Positions 33,049 through 42,895 of a stretch of 64,000 bases of DNA are shown piece after piece. This DNA comes from Bdellovibrionales bacterium (GTDB lineage: Bacteria; Bdellovibrionota; Bdellovibrionia; Bdellovibrionales; JAUICD01). Below the pieces are notes generated by a model, which was not told where the DNA came from, did not search any database, and saw only the letters and a program-made list of their open reading frames with translations. The translations under genes and the position numbers were made by a program. The stretch covers positions 2,432,001-2,496,000 of the forward strand of contig OZ253553.1 of assembly GCA_965262715.1 (NCBI GenBank), given 5' to 3'. Numbering within the stretch: position 1 is the stretch's first letter; each line of letters begins with the position of its first letter.

Positions 33049-33987
33049 ATGTCTAGAGTTTTATTTATTGGCACACCAGATTTTGCTCTGCCGTCTCTCA
33101 AAGTTATTTATCAACAAACACAATTACTTGCTGTAATCACTCAACCAGATCGTCCTTCTGGTCGCAAGATGAAACTCAAACCTTCTGCTACTTCATTACT
33201 AGCTGAGTCTTTAGATATCCCTGTATTTAAACAAGAATCTCCTCAAAGTATTTTAGATGACATTAAAAAGCTCAAGCCCAATTGCGCCCTTGTTGTAGCT
33301 TATGGACAAATCTTAAAACAGGAATTTTTAGACACTTTTCCAAAAGGAGTGATTAATTTACATGCTAGTCTGCTGCCAAGATGGAGAGGAGCAGCACCTA
33401 TCCAAAGAGCTTTGATGGCTGGAGATAACGTAACAGGAGTATGCTTGCAAAAGGTGGTTAAAAAAATGGATGCAGGACCTCTTTTAGGACAGAAAGACTA
33501 TAATATTCCAAACAATATGACAGCAGATAGGCTTTCCTCGACTTTAAGTCAAATGGGAGCTGATCTTGTATCTGAAGTTTTTTTTAAATACTTAGAAGGA
33601 GAAGATGCCATAGAACTTAAAAAGCAAGATGAGTCTCTTGTAACTTATGCGCCTAAAGTCACAAAAGAAGAAGGACAAATTGATTTTGATAACCCTAAAG
33701 AGCATATTTTCAACCAATATAGAGGACTGTTTACATGGCCTGGAGTTTGGGTAAAACGATCTGGTCGAATATTAAAAATCAAAAAAATGAGAACTTCCTC
33801 TCAGAAGCCAACAGAAAAAACCTCAGGATCAATTATAAATATATCTCAAGAAGCTATCACCATCTCTTGTGAATATGGCAGAGGTGCTATTGATATTTTA
33901 GAGCTACAACCAGAGTCAAAATGTCAAATGACAGCTGCTCAGTATATTAATGGCTATCCTGTTCAAAAAGGAGAGGTATGGCAATAA
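33049..33987 (+). CDS. fmt: Methionyl-tRNA formyltransferase
   Basis: GTPDFA, TQPDRP, NLHASLLPRWRGAAPIQ. Confidence 0.97.
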   Translation: MSRVLFIGTPDFALPSLKVIYQQTQLLAVITQPDRPSGRKMKLKPSATSLLAESLDIPVFKQESPQSILDDIKKLKPNCALVVAYGQILKQEFLDTFPKGVINLHASLLPRWRGAAPIQRALMAGDNVTGVCLQKVVKKMDAGPLLGQKDYNIPNNMTADRLSSTLSQMGADLVSEVFFKYLEGEDAIELKKQDESLVTYAPKVTKEEGQIDFDNPKEHIFNQYRGLFTWPGVWVKRSGRILKIKKMRTSSQKPTEKTSGSIINISQEAITISCEYGRGAIDILELQPESKCQMTAAQYINGYPVQKGEVWQ

Positions 33988-34634
33988 ATAAAAAACCGCC
34001 TATTATATCACCTAGTTTGCTATCTGCAGATCTCGCTAATTTATCTTCTGAAATTAAAGCTGTAGAGAAGGCAGGCGCAGATTGGTTGCATATTGATGTC
34101 ATGGATGGGCACTTTGTTCCTAACTTGACAATGGGCCCCGCTATTGTTGCTTCTATTAAGAAGGTTACTAGTTTACCTTTAGATATCCATCTGATGATTG
34201 AAAACCCTCAAAATTATATCTCATCCTTTGCGCAAGCTGGTGCTGATATTTTAACAGTTCATATAGAAACATTAACAGACACAAAAGCAGTTTTAGACCA
34301 AATACATCATTTAGAAGTCAAAGCAGGATTAAGTTTGCGACCTTTAACTCCTGTAGAACATATTATACCTTTTTTAAAAGATATCGATTTGGCTTTAGTC
34401 ATGACAGTTAATCCAGGTTTTTCTGGCCAAAAATTTATACCAGAATCCATCGAAAAAATTAAGATGATCCGTAAAACAATACCAGAATTATTGATTTCTG
34501 TTGATGGAGGTATCAATGCTCATACCAAAAAAGAGTGTATTGATGCTGGGGCAAATGTACTAGTGGCAGGTAATTATATTTTCAAAAATAACTATAAAGA
34601 GAGTATTGCAGCTTTAAAAAGCAATGATCTTTAA
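33978..34634 (+). CDS. rpe: Ribulose-phosphate 3-epimerase
   Basis: SPSLLSAD, HIDVMDGHFVPNLT, MTVNPGF.GQ, VDGG. Confidence 0.97.
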   Translation: MAINKKPPIISPSLLSADLANLSSEIKAVEKAGADWLHIDVMDGHFVPNLTMGPAIVASIKKVTSLPLDIHLMIENPQNYISSFAQAGADILTVHIETLTDTKAVLDQIHHLEVKAGLSLRPLTPVEHIIPFLKDIDLALVMTVNPGFSGQKFIPESIEKIKMIRKTIPELLISVDGGINAHTKKECIDAGANVLVAGNYIFKNNYKESIAALKSNDL

Positions 34635-34636
34635 AA

Positions 34637-35060
34637 GCTTTGTTGCGCAAACATCACTTTAGTTTATATGTGCTTTGTTGCGCAAACATCACTTTAGTTT
34701 ATATGTGCTTTGTTGCATAAAAATTTCATAGAGCCTCTAGTAGGCTTTTTCACTAGCAGCAGGCAACCCCCGTGCCATGTATTTCTGTTATTTTAAGATT
34801 TTATTATAGTATCAATACTTTATATATACTTTATCTCTTGAGGCACTGGCCGCTAGTGGTGTAGGAAGAAAAAAGAAATAAAAATATTTTCCCTAACATT
34901 ATGTTAAGAACAAGAAGTATCTCCCTCCTAAAAATAAACGGATTTTCGAGGCAATGAATATTTTACGAGGGCGTTAGCCGTCGTGTTCGTTGCCCAAAAA
35001 CAACTAGAGGTTGGTTTATTTTTAGGGAAATGAAATAAATGCAAATATTTATGCAACATA
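34637..35060. mobile_element. Composite MITE: IS903-like ends, cassette B (reverse) and cassette A; left end triplicated
   Basis: gctttgttgc at 34637, 34672, 34707; tttatgcaaca at 35048-35058. Confidence 0.75.
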
Positions 35061-35095
35061 TCCACTCCCAGTTATAAACCAAAAAAAATTCATAT

Positions 35096-36346
35096 TTATT
35101 GTTTATACTGATGAAATTTAGCTTTAAGAAGGACTGCTTCCTGAGAGATGGCCAGTTTCATAAGCCAAGAGATAGTTCCATAAATATTTTCTAGTGGCAA
35201 ACCATATCTATTTGTTTTCAAGTCTGTCATACAAAGTCGCTTGAAAATAGCACCTGGAGAGTTAAGATTTTCTTTATCAGACTTCAAGCTGTGAGTTCTT
35301 AAAAAACCCCCCATAAGCTTATCTCCAATCATGTAAATCACAGGCTCTGCAACTAACCCCTCTTCTCTAATATGAGAGGGAATACCTTCTTGTATGATGA
35401 GTTGAATAATTTCAACTCCACCTTTTCCTTTCCGCATTTTTTGTCGGATTTTATTATTCCATGAAAGCACATCTTCTCCAGATGTAACTTGAGTGACTCC
35501 CATGCCATAAGTTCCAGAGTTATTTTTGATAAAAGCGAAAGCCTTAGATTTAATGCGCCTATCATCATAATCTTTTTGAATATTATCAATTAAGTCTTGT
35601 ACCTCACTTGCTAGGTTTTCTAAACTTTGTTTATCTTTCCAATAAAAAGACTCTATAAGTTTTGTATCTATTTTAAATAGCCATGGATCAATATCCATAA
35701 GAGAACAAAATTCTGCAGAAAGCTTATTATAAATAGAAAAATGATTGTGTTTTTTTCTATTATACCAACCCATCTCTTGAGGAGGATTGATAGGATAATC
35801 TTTATTTTGCAAAAGAGGGTATATTTTTGTAAAGTCATTATTACTAATGATCAAATCTGGTATCATATCATCGGCCATTAAATGACCTTCTTCATTACAG
35901 GATATTTTAGAAAGAATAACTTCTTTACCACTAGCAGATAATATTTTAGAAATTGTGGCATCTTCCACAGGAAACCCCACTTTACATTTAAACCCGGCCT
36001 CTTCTATCATTGTCATAATAGTCCACACATTGTCCCAGTAAAATAAATTAGCTGTATTTTCTTCTGTAATTAATAAAATTTTGTGAAAAGAAGAACCATA
36101 ATGTTTTAAAATATAATCTTTTAAAAGATCTGGAGCATGCTCCTTATCCATATCACAAATATTGTTAAACCCAGCAGGGTAAAGGTTTGCATCTACAGGT
36201 GTCACTTTAAATCCTGCATCCCGAATATCCACACTGGTATAAACAGGAAAAAGACAAGACTTACTTTTTTGTTTAAAGAAGTCCATTGCTGTATCATGCT
36301 TTTCTATCAGTCTTAAATGCAGCTCTTTTCTATCCAATATAAACAC
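35096..36346 (-). CDS. gshA: Glutamate--cysteine ligase (Acidithiobacillus/betaproteobacterial type)
   Basis: YTSVDIRDAGFK..PVD.NLYPAGFNN, GTYGMG, QEG, AEPV.Y, GGF.R, NLNSPG. Confidence 0.9.
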   Translation of the reverse strand: MFILDRKELHLRLIEKHDTAMDFFKQKSKSCLFPVYTSVDIRDAGFKVTPVDANLYPAGFNNICDMDKEHAPDLLKDYILKHYGSSFHKILLITEENTANLFYWDNVWTIMTMIEEAGFKCKVGFPVEDATISKILSASGKEVILSKISCNEEGHLMADDMIPDLIISNNDFTKIYPLLQNKDYPINPPQEMGWYNRKKHNHFSIYNKLSAEFCSLMDIDPWLFKIDTKLIESFYWKDKQSLENLASEVQDLIDNIQKDYDDRRIKSKAFAFIKNNSGTYGMGVTQVTSGEDVLSWNNKIRQKMRKGKGGVEIIQLIIQEGIPSHIREEGLVAEPVIYMIGDKLMGGFLRTHSLKSDKENLNSPGAIFKRLCMTDLKTNRYGLPLENIYGTISWLMKLAISQEAVLLKAKFHQYKQ

Positions 36347-36426
36347 TCCCTTATATGTAATAAATATATTTATATGCCCCTAAAGTTTTAATAGTAAAAA
36401 AACAAAAAGCTACTATCTCACATGGT

Positions 36427-37759
36427 GGATTCAAGTTGCAAGTGCAACTCCTTGCATAGTTATTTAAAGTGGGTTAGAGGAATACTCTAATCAATAACTT
36501 TACATAACGAAAGGAGTATTCCATGAGTAAGTACACTCATCTAACCCAAAGTGATAGATACCAGATTTTAGCTTTTTTGCAAAGTGGAAAATCAATAAGT
36601 TCAATTGCTACGCAACTAGGTCGAGATAAAAGCACCATATATAGGGAATTGAATCGTAACAAAGGCTTGCGAGGTTATCGTCCTCAACAAGCCCATGAAA
36701 AAGCAGTCGATCGTCTTCAAAACTCTCATAGACATATAAAGATAACACAAAAAGTCATTAATAAGCTTGAGAGGTTTCTTTGTGATCGTTTGAGTCCGGA
36801 ACAGATATCCGGTTTTCTTAAACGAAAAGGTTTGTCTATAAGTCATGAGAGTATTTATCAGCATATTCTTGGAGATAAGCAATCAGGAGGAGATCTCTAC
36901 AAATTTTTAAGATGTCAGAAGCAACGCAAGAAGCGATATGGTACAAGTAGATTTGATAAAAGGGGTCAGATAAAGAATAGAGTGAGCATTGATAAAAGGC
37001 CTAAGATAGTAGATAAGAAGAGTCGGATAGGAGACTGGGAAGGTGATCTAATGATAGGTAGACATCATAAAGGAGCTTTAGTCACGCTGGTAGATAGATG
37101 TTCTAAGAAGACGAGGATTGTCAAAATAGAATCTAAGAGTTCTGAGGCAGTTTTTCATGCTATTTCTAAAGCTCTTAAAGGAGAGGTTGTTCATACAATG
37201 ACTTTGGATAATGGTAAAGAGTTTTCGTGTCATGAGAAGATCAGTGAATATACTGGATGTAAAGTTTATTTTGCACATCCTTACAGTTCCTATGAGAGAG
37301 GTTTAAATGAGAACACGAATGGTTTAATCCGTCAGTATTTTCCAAAGAAGACAGATTTTAAAGAAGTCACCTCTAAGGATGTAAAAAAGGTTGAGTCTCT
37401 TTTAAACCATCGCCCTCGAAAGAGTTTAGGTTTTCTAACCCCTAATGAGTTTCATAGACAAAAGATGGTTTGCTGAAGTTATTCATAGTTTATCCATTTA
37501 ATTTTACTTATATATAATAACTTCTGAAAATGCTTATTTGACAGCTTGATGTTTATGGCAGAGGATCGTTCTTCCGCAGAGCTTTAGCTTGAGGACTACT
37601 TTGGCTTTGCCATAAACATCAAAATACATTCATTCAAATTAAATAATTTACTATAATCTTTCATGATAATTAAAACTTTGTTGAAATATTAATCTTAAAA
37701 TGATACAACTTTTAAAAATATCTATAAACACAAAAGAGTTGCACTTGTGATTTGAAGTT
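36427..37759 (+). mobile_element. IS30-family insertion sequence
   Basis: Imperfect IRs ttcaagttgcaagtgcaactc / gagttgcacttgtgatttgaa enclose the transposase. Confidence 0.85.
36523..37476 (+). CDS. IS30-family transposase
   Basis: HTH, SPEQI, GDWEGD, TLDNGKEF, ERGLNENTNGLIRQYFPK, LNHRPRK. Confidence 0.97.
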   Translation: MSKYTHLTQSDRYQILAFLQSGKSISSIATQLGRDKSTIYRELNRNKGLRGYRPQQAHEKAVDRLQNSHRHIKITQKVINKLERFLCDRLSPEQISGFLKRKGLSISHESIYQHILGDKQSGGDLYKFLRCQKQRKKRYGTSRFDKRGQIKNRVSIDKRPKIVDKKSRIGDWEGDLMIGRHHKGALVTLVDRCSKKTRIVKIESKSSEAVFHAISKALKGEVVHTMTLDNGKEFSCHEKISEYTGCKVYFAHPYSSYERGLNENTNGLIRQYFPKKTDFKEVTSKDVKKVESLLNHRPRKSLGFLTPNEFHRQKMVC

Positions 37760-37917
37760 ACGCATTCATTTAAACAACTCAAGTTAAGAAATAATGTTTG
37801 AGAAAAGCAAAAGCTCCTTTGATTTAAAAGGAGCTCATTATCTTTTAACTGATAACTACACACATTATTATAAAGATAAGTTCAGAAAAAGCCTTTTCAC
37901 TCTATTAGATAAACTCT

Positions 37918-38832
37918 CTACTTACTTAAATTGAGACATGTACCAGGATCAATTCTTATACTGTAATGAACCACTTCCTCTTCAGATAAAGGACTAACTC
38001 TTACAGTAATGAATTCAGTGTCTAATTTTAGATATTGCATCTCTTCAAGATCTCCTTGAATTGAAGGAGTTCTGAAATGATTATCTATACGTACCCAACC
38101 ATTTCCAGCATTATTATGTTCGAGGATAATATCTCCTATCTCAGTAGAAGCAGTAAGTCGTAAGAACTTACATCTCATTTTCCACCAATCCCAAGGATCT
38201 TCTGCACCACCAACAACAGCTCTTTCTTCAGTGTCTTCTAATAAAAGTGAAGCATTTATAGGGCTGCGATCTCCATCCTTATCTTCAAAAGTGCCAAATG
38301 AAGCAAAAGAAGAAGTAGGCAGAAAAGAAGACACCACGCGTATTGTTCTTGTTACTTCAACATCTGAAGGAACATTCTCCGGCTCTAGCCCAAAAAGTGA
38401 GTCCACATCAGGCAACTCAGTGGTAACATCTGGTGGCATTGGATTTACCATTAAAAATTGTTGTATAGTAATCATATATTCCCCTGCGCTACGAACAATA
38501 AAAATACCTTGTGGTGCCCTACGTGAACCTCTACCCATAATTGCTATTTTTTGATCATACAAGTCCCTGAATTGAATAGCCATTTCTAAAGCTTCGCCCT
38601 CCCTTAAACCATCAACATCCAAAGCAATAACTAATACTCCTTGTTCTTCTGCTTGAAAATGAAAAACCAAGTTTTCTCCATTATACTCATATTCTTCTTC
38701 AGAACCTAAAGGAAAAGGTGGAACTTCAGTTTGTTGTGCTTGTTCTTCCTGTTCTACTTGTGGCGGTTGTGCAAATAAAGATGTGCTAAAAGAAAAAGCT
38801 ACAAATAAAAATAAATAATTGACATATTTCAT
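37918..38832 (-). CDS. Secreted hypothetical protein
   Basis: Signal peptide, AGGAG RBS, acidic beta-rich body. Confidence 0.75.
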   Translation of the reverse strand: MKYVNYLFLFVAFSFSTSLFAQPPQVEQEEQAQQTEVPPFPLGSEEEYEYNGENLVFHFQAEEQGVLVIALDVDGLREGEALEMAIQFRDLYDQKIAIMGRGSRRAPQGIFIVRSAGEYMITIQQFLMVNPMPPDVTTELPDVDSLFGLEPENVPSDVEVTRTIRVVSSFLPTSSFASFGTFEDKDGDRSPINASLLLEDTEERAVVGGAEDPWDWWKMRCKFLRLTASTEIGDIILEHNNAGNGWVRIDNHFRTPSIQGDLEEMQYLKLDTEFITVRVSPLSEEEVVHYSIRIDPGTCLNLSK

Positions 38833-39012
38833 AATTCAAAACTCCTTATATCATTAAAATTTAACCGTTCAGCAAATGTTCAAAAAATAACTTTAAGGTC
38901 TACCAAATAACATATATTTTTCAATAAATCTATACCCTTTGTAAAACTTTTATAGTATTTTGTAAAATTTCCATATTTTATTATCTTTTTTGTAAAAAAT
39001 ACACATTGATAT

Positions 39013-39200
39013 GGCTTCGTTGCATAAACATGTATAGAAGAATTATGGCAGGCTTCTGGAATAGGCTCAGGCCAGTGCCTTAGGGAAAAGTCCTCATCAT
39101 TAAAATATTTTACTCTATAATAAAGTCATAAAGTGGCAACAATACAAGGCACGGGGGCTGCCTGCTGCCTATGGAAGAAGTCTGCCATAACTCTAGATCA
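39013..39200 (+). repeat. IS903-like end plus structured cassette B
   Basis: ggcttcgttgcataaa; ttatggcaggcttc / gaagtctgccataa stem. Confidence 0.75.
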
Positions 39201-39251
39201 TTAAATTAAGGTAAGTTCAAATAATAGACCTATCATTTTGTAAGACCACTT

Positions 39252-40352
39252 CTAGTAATAAATATCCTCTCTATGAGTTACTCTCTGGTTTTTCTGCCTT
39301 TGAGATGAAGACTTGTTAAGACCATATGAAACTATTAGACCTACCGTAATACTAGAGAAGATGATAATAAACCATTTGTGTTTTTTAAAAAAACTAGGTG
39401 ATGAAGGTTGTTTTTTTAAATTTTCTCTCGCCATATCACTGACTGGCTGTTGCATCATATCTACAGATGATACACCCTGCAGGCTCTCATTACCAAAATG
39501 AGTGCCTTCAAACTTAAGTTGCCTTTCAAATGAATTTTTGTTTTGAAATAAGTCTTGAGGTTTATACTTATCAGATAGAATTTGCTTCTGAGCATTTTCT
39601 AATTTATCAGAAATAAGATCTGATTCTACATCCTGCGATAAAGAATTAGAAAAAACTTTTTCTACTTTCAATTGAGGGTCTAATATCTCAAATGAATAGT
39701 TCATTAAATCCCTGCCATTTAAAATTAAAACAAAATGAGATCCTTCATTTGAGATAAAATCACCTTTTTTATTCTTGTCATATAAGGACCTCACAAGAGT
39801 TACACGGTATTTTAAATCAGGATCAATTCTTCTTGAAAAACCTAATCTATTAAAAACCTCCCCATTAATTATAATACTTTTTACGTCTTGTGGTATGTTT
39901 TGCCCATACCATAAATGACCACTCCTCTGATATTGCTGATATCTATCTTCTACCCATCCTATAAATGATGGAGGAAAAATATCTCTATCAATAAAAATTT
40001 TCTCATTAAAGGCTAAAAATTTATCAATCCACTGATGTCTGTAAAGCTCATCCATTTGAGCTAGTCTCAAGTAAGATGTAGAAAAAATCTTTCTTTCCAC
40101 ATCGTTCCAATCTTTTAATAACTTTAATTGCACAATTTCTTCTAAAGAAGACCTGGCTTTTTTAAACTCAAAATTAAGGTATTGTTTTTGAAATTGCACA
40201 AACAAAGACATCAACCTTTGAGAATGTATCTCACTCTCTCTTAAACCTTGTTCCACGTTTTGAATTTTTAAATTATCATAACTCTCAACAGACCAAACTC
40301 TGTATGGAGAAATTATCATAACTAAAACCAATAAAAAAATCATTCTTTTCAC
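39252..40352 (-). CDS. Exported protein with C-terminal membrane anchor (Tad locus)
   Basis: Signal peptide and C-terminal TM helix. Confidence 0.7.
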   Translation of the reverse strand: MKRMIFLLVLVMIISPYRVWSVESYDNLKIQNVEQGLRESEIHSQRLMSLFVQFQKQYLNFEFKKARSSLEEIVQLKLLKDWNDVERKIFSTSYLRLAQMDELYRHQWIDKFLAFNEKIFIDRDIFPPSFIGWVEDRYQQYQRSGHLWYGQNIPQDVKSIIINGEVFNRLGFSRRIDPDLKYRVTLVRSLYDKNKKGDFISNEGSHFVLILNGRDLMNYSFEILDPQLKVEKVFSNSLSQDVESDLISDKLENAQKQILSDKYKPQDLFQNKNSFERQLKFEGTHFGNESLQGVSSVDMMQQPVSDMARENLKKQPSSPSFFKKHKWFIIIFSSITVGLIVSYGLNKSSSQRQKNQRVTHREDIYY

Positions 40353-40378
40353 TCCTACATAAACAAATCCTAACTAAA

Positions 40379-40939
40379 CTATTCAGAGAGTAATTTTTTC
40401 TCTATGGGTTCCTCTTCTAAATAATCAATAAGACTTCTTTTTTCTTTAACTTCTTTCTTTACAGATACCTGCTCTGTAATAGTAGGGTTTTGTATAGTGA
40501 CAAAAAAATCTCCATTATAAGTAATGAGAGCTTCTGCCTGAGACTCTGGAGACAAAACAGCAAATCTTTCTGGATTTAAAGGAGAACGAATAAGCTTGAT
40601 CCTCTCTGCCACTGTTTTAACCTGTTTTTTGAACTGAGACAAATTGCTTTGCAAATGAAAGTTATTAGAATTATTAACCGCATATAAGTTCACAATAGCA
40701 TATTGACTAACCAGCGCATTTAAAGATTCAAAATTGGAAACCATAATAGGAACTAAAACATAACCGTCTGGAATAAAAGTATCAGGAGATTCCTGTATCC
40801 TACTTTTTATATCTTTATCATTATCATTTTTATCATAACTTAGAAAAAAAGTAAAAGCCGTCATAAAAATAGCTAAAACTAAAAAATAACCTACTTTATG
40901 AGATATTAATAACTTAAACTGTTCTCTAAATTGCTTCAT
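40379..40939 (-). CDS. CpaB/RcpC-like Flp pilus assembly protein (tentative)
   Basis: N-terminal TM, IPDGYVLVPI motif, locus context. Confidence 0.5.
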   Translation of the reverse strand: MKQFREQFKLLISHKVGYFLVLAIFMTAFTFFLSYDKNDNDKDIKSRIQESPDTFIPDGYVLVPIMVSNFESLNALVSQYAIVNLYAVNNSNNFHLQSNLSQFKKQVKTVAERIKLIRSPLNPERFAVLSPESQAEALITYNGDFFVTIQNPTITEQVSVKKEVKEKRSLIDYLEEEPIEKKLLSE

Positions 40940-40948
40940 CTTTTTGTA

Positions 40949-41095
40949 TCACCTTGTATGATTCCATCTCCATTGAGAAATAACCTTCGATCCACTATTG
41001 TAAACGTCTACTGTTATAAAAAATAAGGCGCATAAAATAAATAGCGCTATCAATAATTCTAAAAGAGTTTGTCCTAAAGAAGAATGGGTTGCCAT
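40949..41095 (-). CDS. Small pseudopilin-like protein
   Basis: GQTLLE prepilin motif plus hydrophobic helix; ATG at 41095 chosen. Confidence 0.6.
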   Translation of the reverse strand: MATHSSLGQTLLELLIALFILCALFFITVDVYNSGSKVISQWRWNHTR

Positions 41096-41835
41096 CTTAG
41101 ACCTCCTTGACCTGCATTTATAAATCCTCTTAAATCTAATGAAGATAAAGCTGTTGTTGACCTTCTTAAAGTAGATTGACATTTTCCACTAACAGAAGGC
41201 ATCTTTCCAGTAAAAGACCTTAGAAATGAAGGAACAATTTGAGCAGGCTTTTCAACCCAACTGACATTGATTGATTGCTTTTGAGTAAAATTCCAAACTG
41301 TCTTGTAAGAAGGACTAAGAGACATAGAAGGCACTGCTACAACAGCTAACTTTGCAGCTATAGGTACTTTTGATGAAGAAATAAGTGTTGTTTTAGATCC
41401 ATAAACTTTTGTTTTTAATAATCTAAGATGCCTCATGGCATAAACCTCTACCTTCTTAATAATAAGTTTTTGCTGAGCAAAAAGCTTAATTTGCTGTGCT
41501 GTAACACGAGCTAATTTAGCTAATATCAAAGGCTTACTGGCAAGATCGGTAATTGATAAAAGATATTCTAAGTTTCTCCTTTGAATGCGTAAGCTTTTAG
41601 CTAAAGGATTGAGATTTTCTAACTTTTCTAGAGCTATCGACATTTGACCTTGTATCTCAAGTAGATACTGGCGACAAATCGACAATGCTTTCGTCTTTTC
41701 CTTTAAATAAAAACTCGACGTAGATAAAATAGCTAAACTCGACAGTAAAATAGGTAAAAAAATTAAAAACCCAATGAGAGTATTTCCAATGCTATCTCTT
41801 TTTAAATATAATAAGCTTCGCCTAGTACTTTGCAT
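41074..41835 (-). CDS. Tad-like pseudopilin / hypothetical protein
   Basis: GNTLIG plus TM helix; operonic overlaps. Confidence 0.55.
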   Translation of the reverse strand: MQSTRRSLLYLKRDSIGNTLIGFLIFLPILLSSLAILSTSSFYLKEKTKALSICRQYLLEIQGQMSIALEKLENLNPLAKSLRIQRRNLEYLLSITDLASKPLILAKLARVTAQQIKLFAQQKLIIKKVEVYAMRHLRLLKTKVYGSKTTLISSSKVPIAAKLAVVAVPSMSLSPSYKTVWNFTQKQSINVSWVEKPAQIVPSFLRSFTGKMPSVSGKCQSTLRRSTTALSSLDLRGFINAGQGGLRWQPILL

Positions 41836-42262
41836 AAAAAGACTGCCTTGCTATAATTTGAGTATAAAAAGGAAAATCAACTTGAATAATGGACTCCTTA
41901 TAATTTAAACCTGATTGAAAATTGATCTTAATATTTTTTAAATATGGAAAAGCATGAGCAATAAACTTTTTTGCTTGCATTAAACACTTATAACTTTGTT
42001 TGCTCTCATAATATGAACACACAGCACTTTCATAAGAAGTATGATGTAACCAAAGCTTAGTGTGATACAAAAGTGAAAAGTAGAAGATGCCAAACACAAA
42101 AATAAAGAAAACACTAAAAGAAATAAGACTTTCTAAAAGAGCTTGCCCTTTTTGTCCCTTTATCAAATAAAGAGATCGATAAATATTCCAGCTCTTTCTT
42201 AATTGACTGACTTTAATATCTAAATTTAGATATCTTTTATGTTTCTGATCTATTTCCATCAT
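41822..42262 (-). CDS. TadE-like pseudopilin
   Basis: KGQALLES motif followed by TM helix. Confidence 0.75.
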   Translation of the reverse strand: MMEIDQKHKRYLNLDIKVSQLRKSWNIYRSLYLIKGQKGQALLESLISFSVFFIFVFGIFYFSLLYHTKLWLHHTSYESAVCSYYESKQSYKCLMQAKKFIAHAFPYLKNIKINFQSGLNYKESIIQVDFPFYTQIIARQSFYAKY

Positions 42263-42289
42263 TAATCACTCTTAATTTACAGGCATCCA

Positions 42290-42592
42290 CTACTTATCAT
42301 TATTAGCAGCACCATCAAAAAAATCTCCAAGATCTTTTTGTTTATAATAACTCTTATTGACACTTCTTAACCGTGGTTTTGTGCTCTCCCCTTTAAGCGC
42401 ATGAGTCACTCTTGCAAATTGACCTTGCAGGTTTTGGCCTAAGACTTTGACAATCCCAATAGACGCTATCGCCATCAATGCTACTAAAATCAAATATTCT
42501 ATAAGACTTTGACCCTTTTGAGATTTTACAGATTGATTTTTTAATTTACCCCTAATGAGTTTATCCTTATTTGATGTATCTTTATTGAGCAT
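42290..42592 (-). CDS. flp: Flp family type IVb pilin
   Basis: KGQSLIEYLILVAL Flp motif. Confidence 0.88.
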   Translation of the reverse strand: MLNKDTSNKDKLIRGKLKNQSVKSQKGQSLIEYLILVALMAIASIGIVKVLGQNLQGQFARVTHALKGESTKPRLRSVNKSYYKQKDLGDFFDGAANNDK

Positions 42593-42724
42593 ATTAATCC
42601 CTCCCTAATATTGACACAAAATGTTAAAATGATGATTGCTTACATATTTTCCTTACTCTCCATAAAACAACTTAAACTCAAATCCTTTTATTAAGCTTTT
42701 TATTTAGAAAGTGAGAATATATAC

Positions 42725-42741
42725 AGCAAGATTAATGCCAA
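42725..42741 (-). promoter_or_regulatory. Sigma-54 (-24/-12) promoter upstream of flp
   Basis: TTGGCATTAATCTTGCT: GG-N10-GC with TGGCA and TTGC. Confidence 0.7.
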
Positions 42742-42792
42742 TATTTCCTGCAATCTATGGCACTTTAAGAGTTTGGAGGCACATAAAATGAT

Positions 42793-42820
42793 TGAAATCC
42801 GGATTCGAATCCGGATTTCA
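42793..42820. repeat. Perfect 28-bp palindrome
   Basis: tgaaatccggattcgaatccggatttca. Confidence 0.9.
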
Positions 42821-42895
42821 GTCAAATATTTTTGATAAAGACCTCATATAAAAATTTAGATGATTTGTAGGAGATGGAATATATAAGAGACTATT

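Noticed and set aside
34637..34722. Mini CRISPR array
   Set aside because: The intervening sequences are identical, so it is a tandem duplication of a MITE end.
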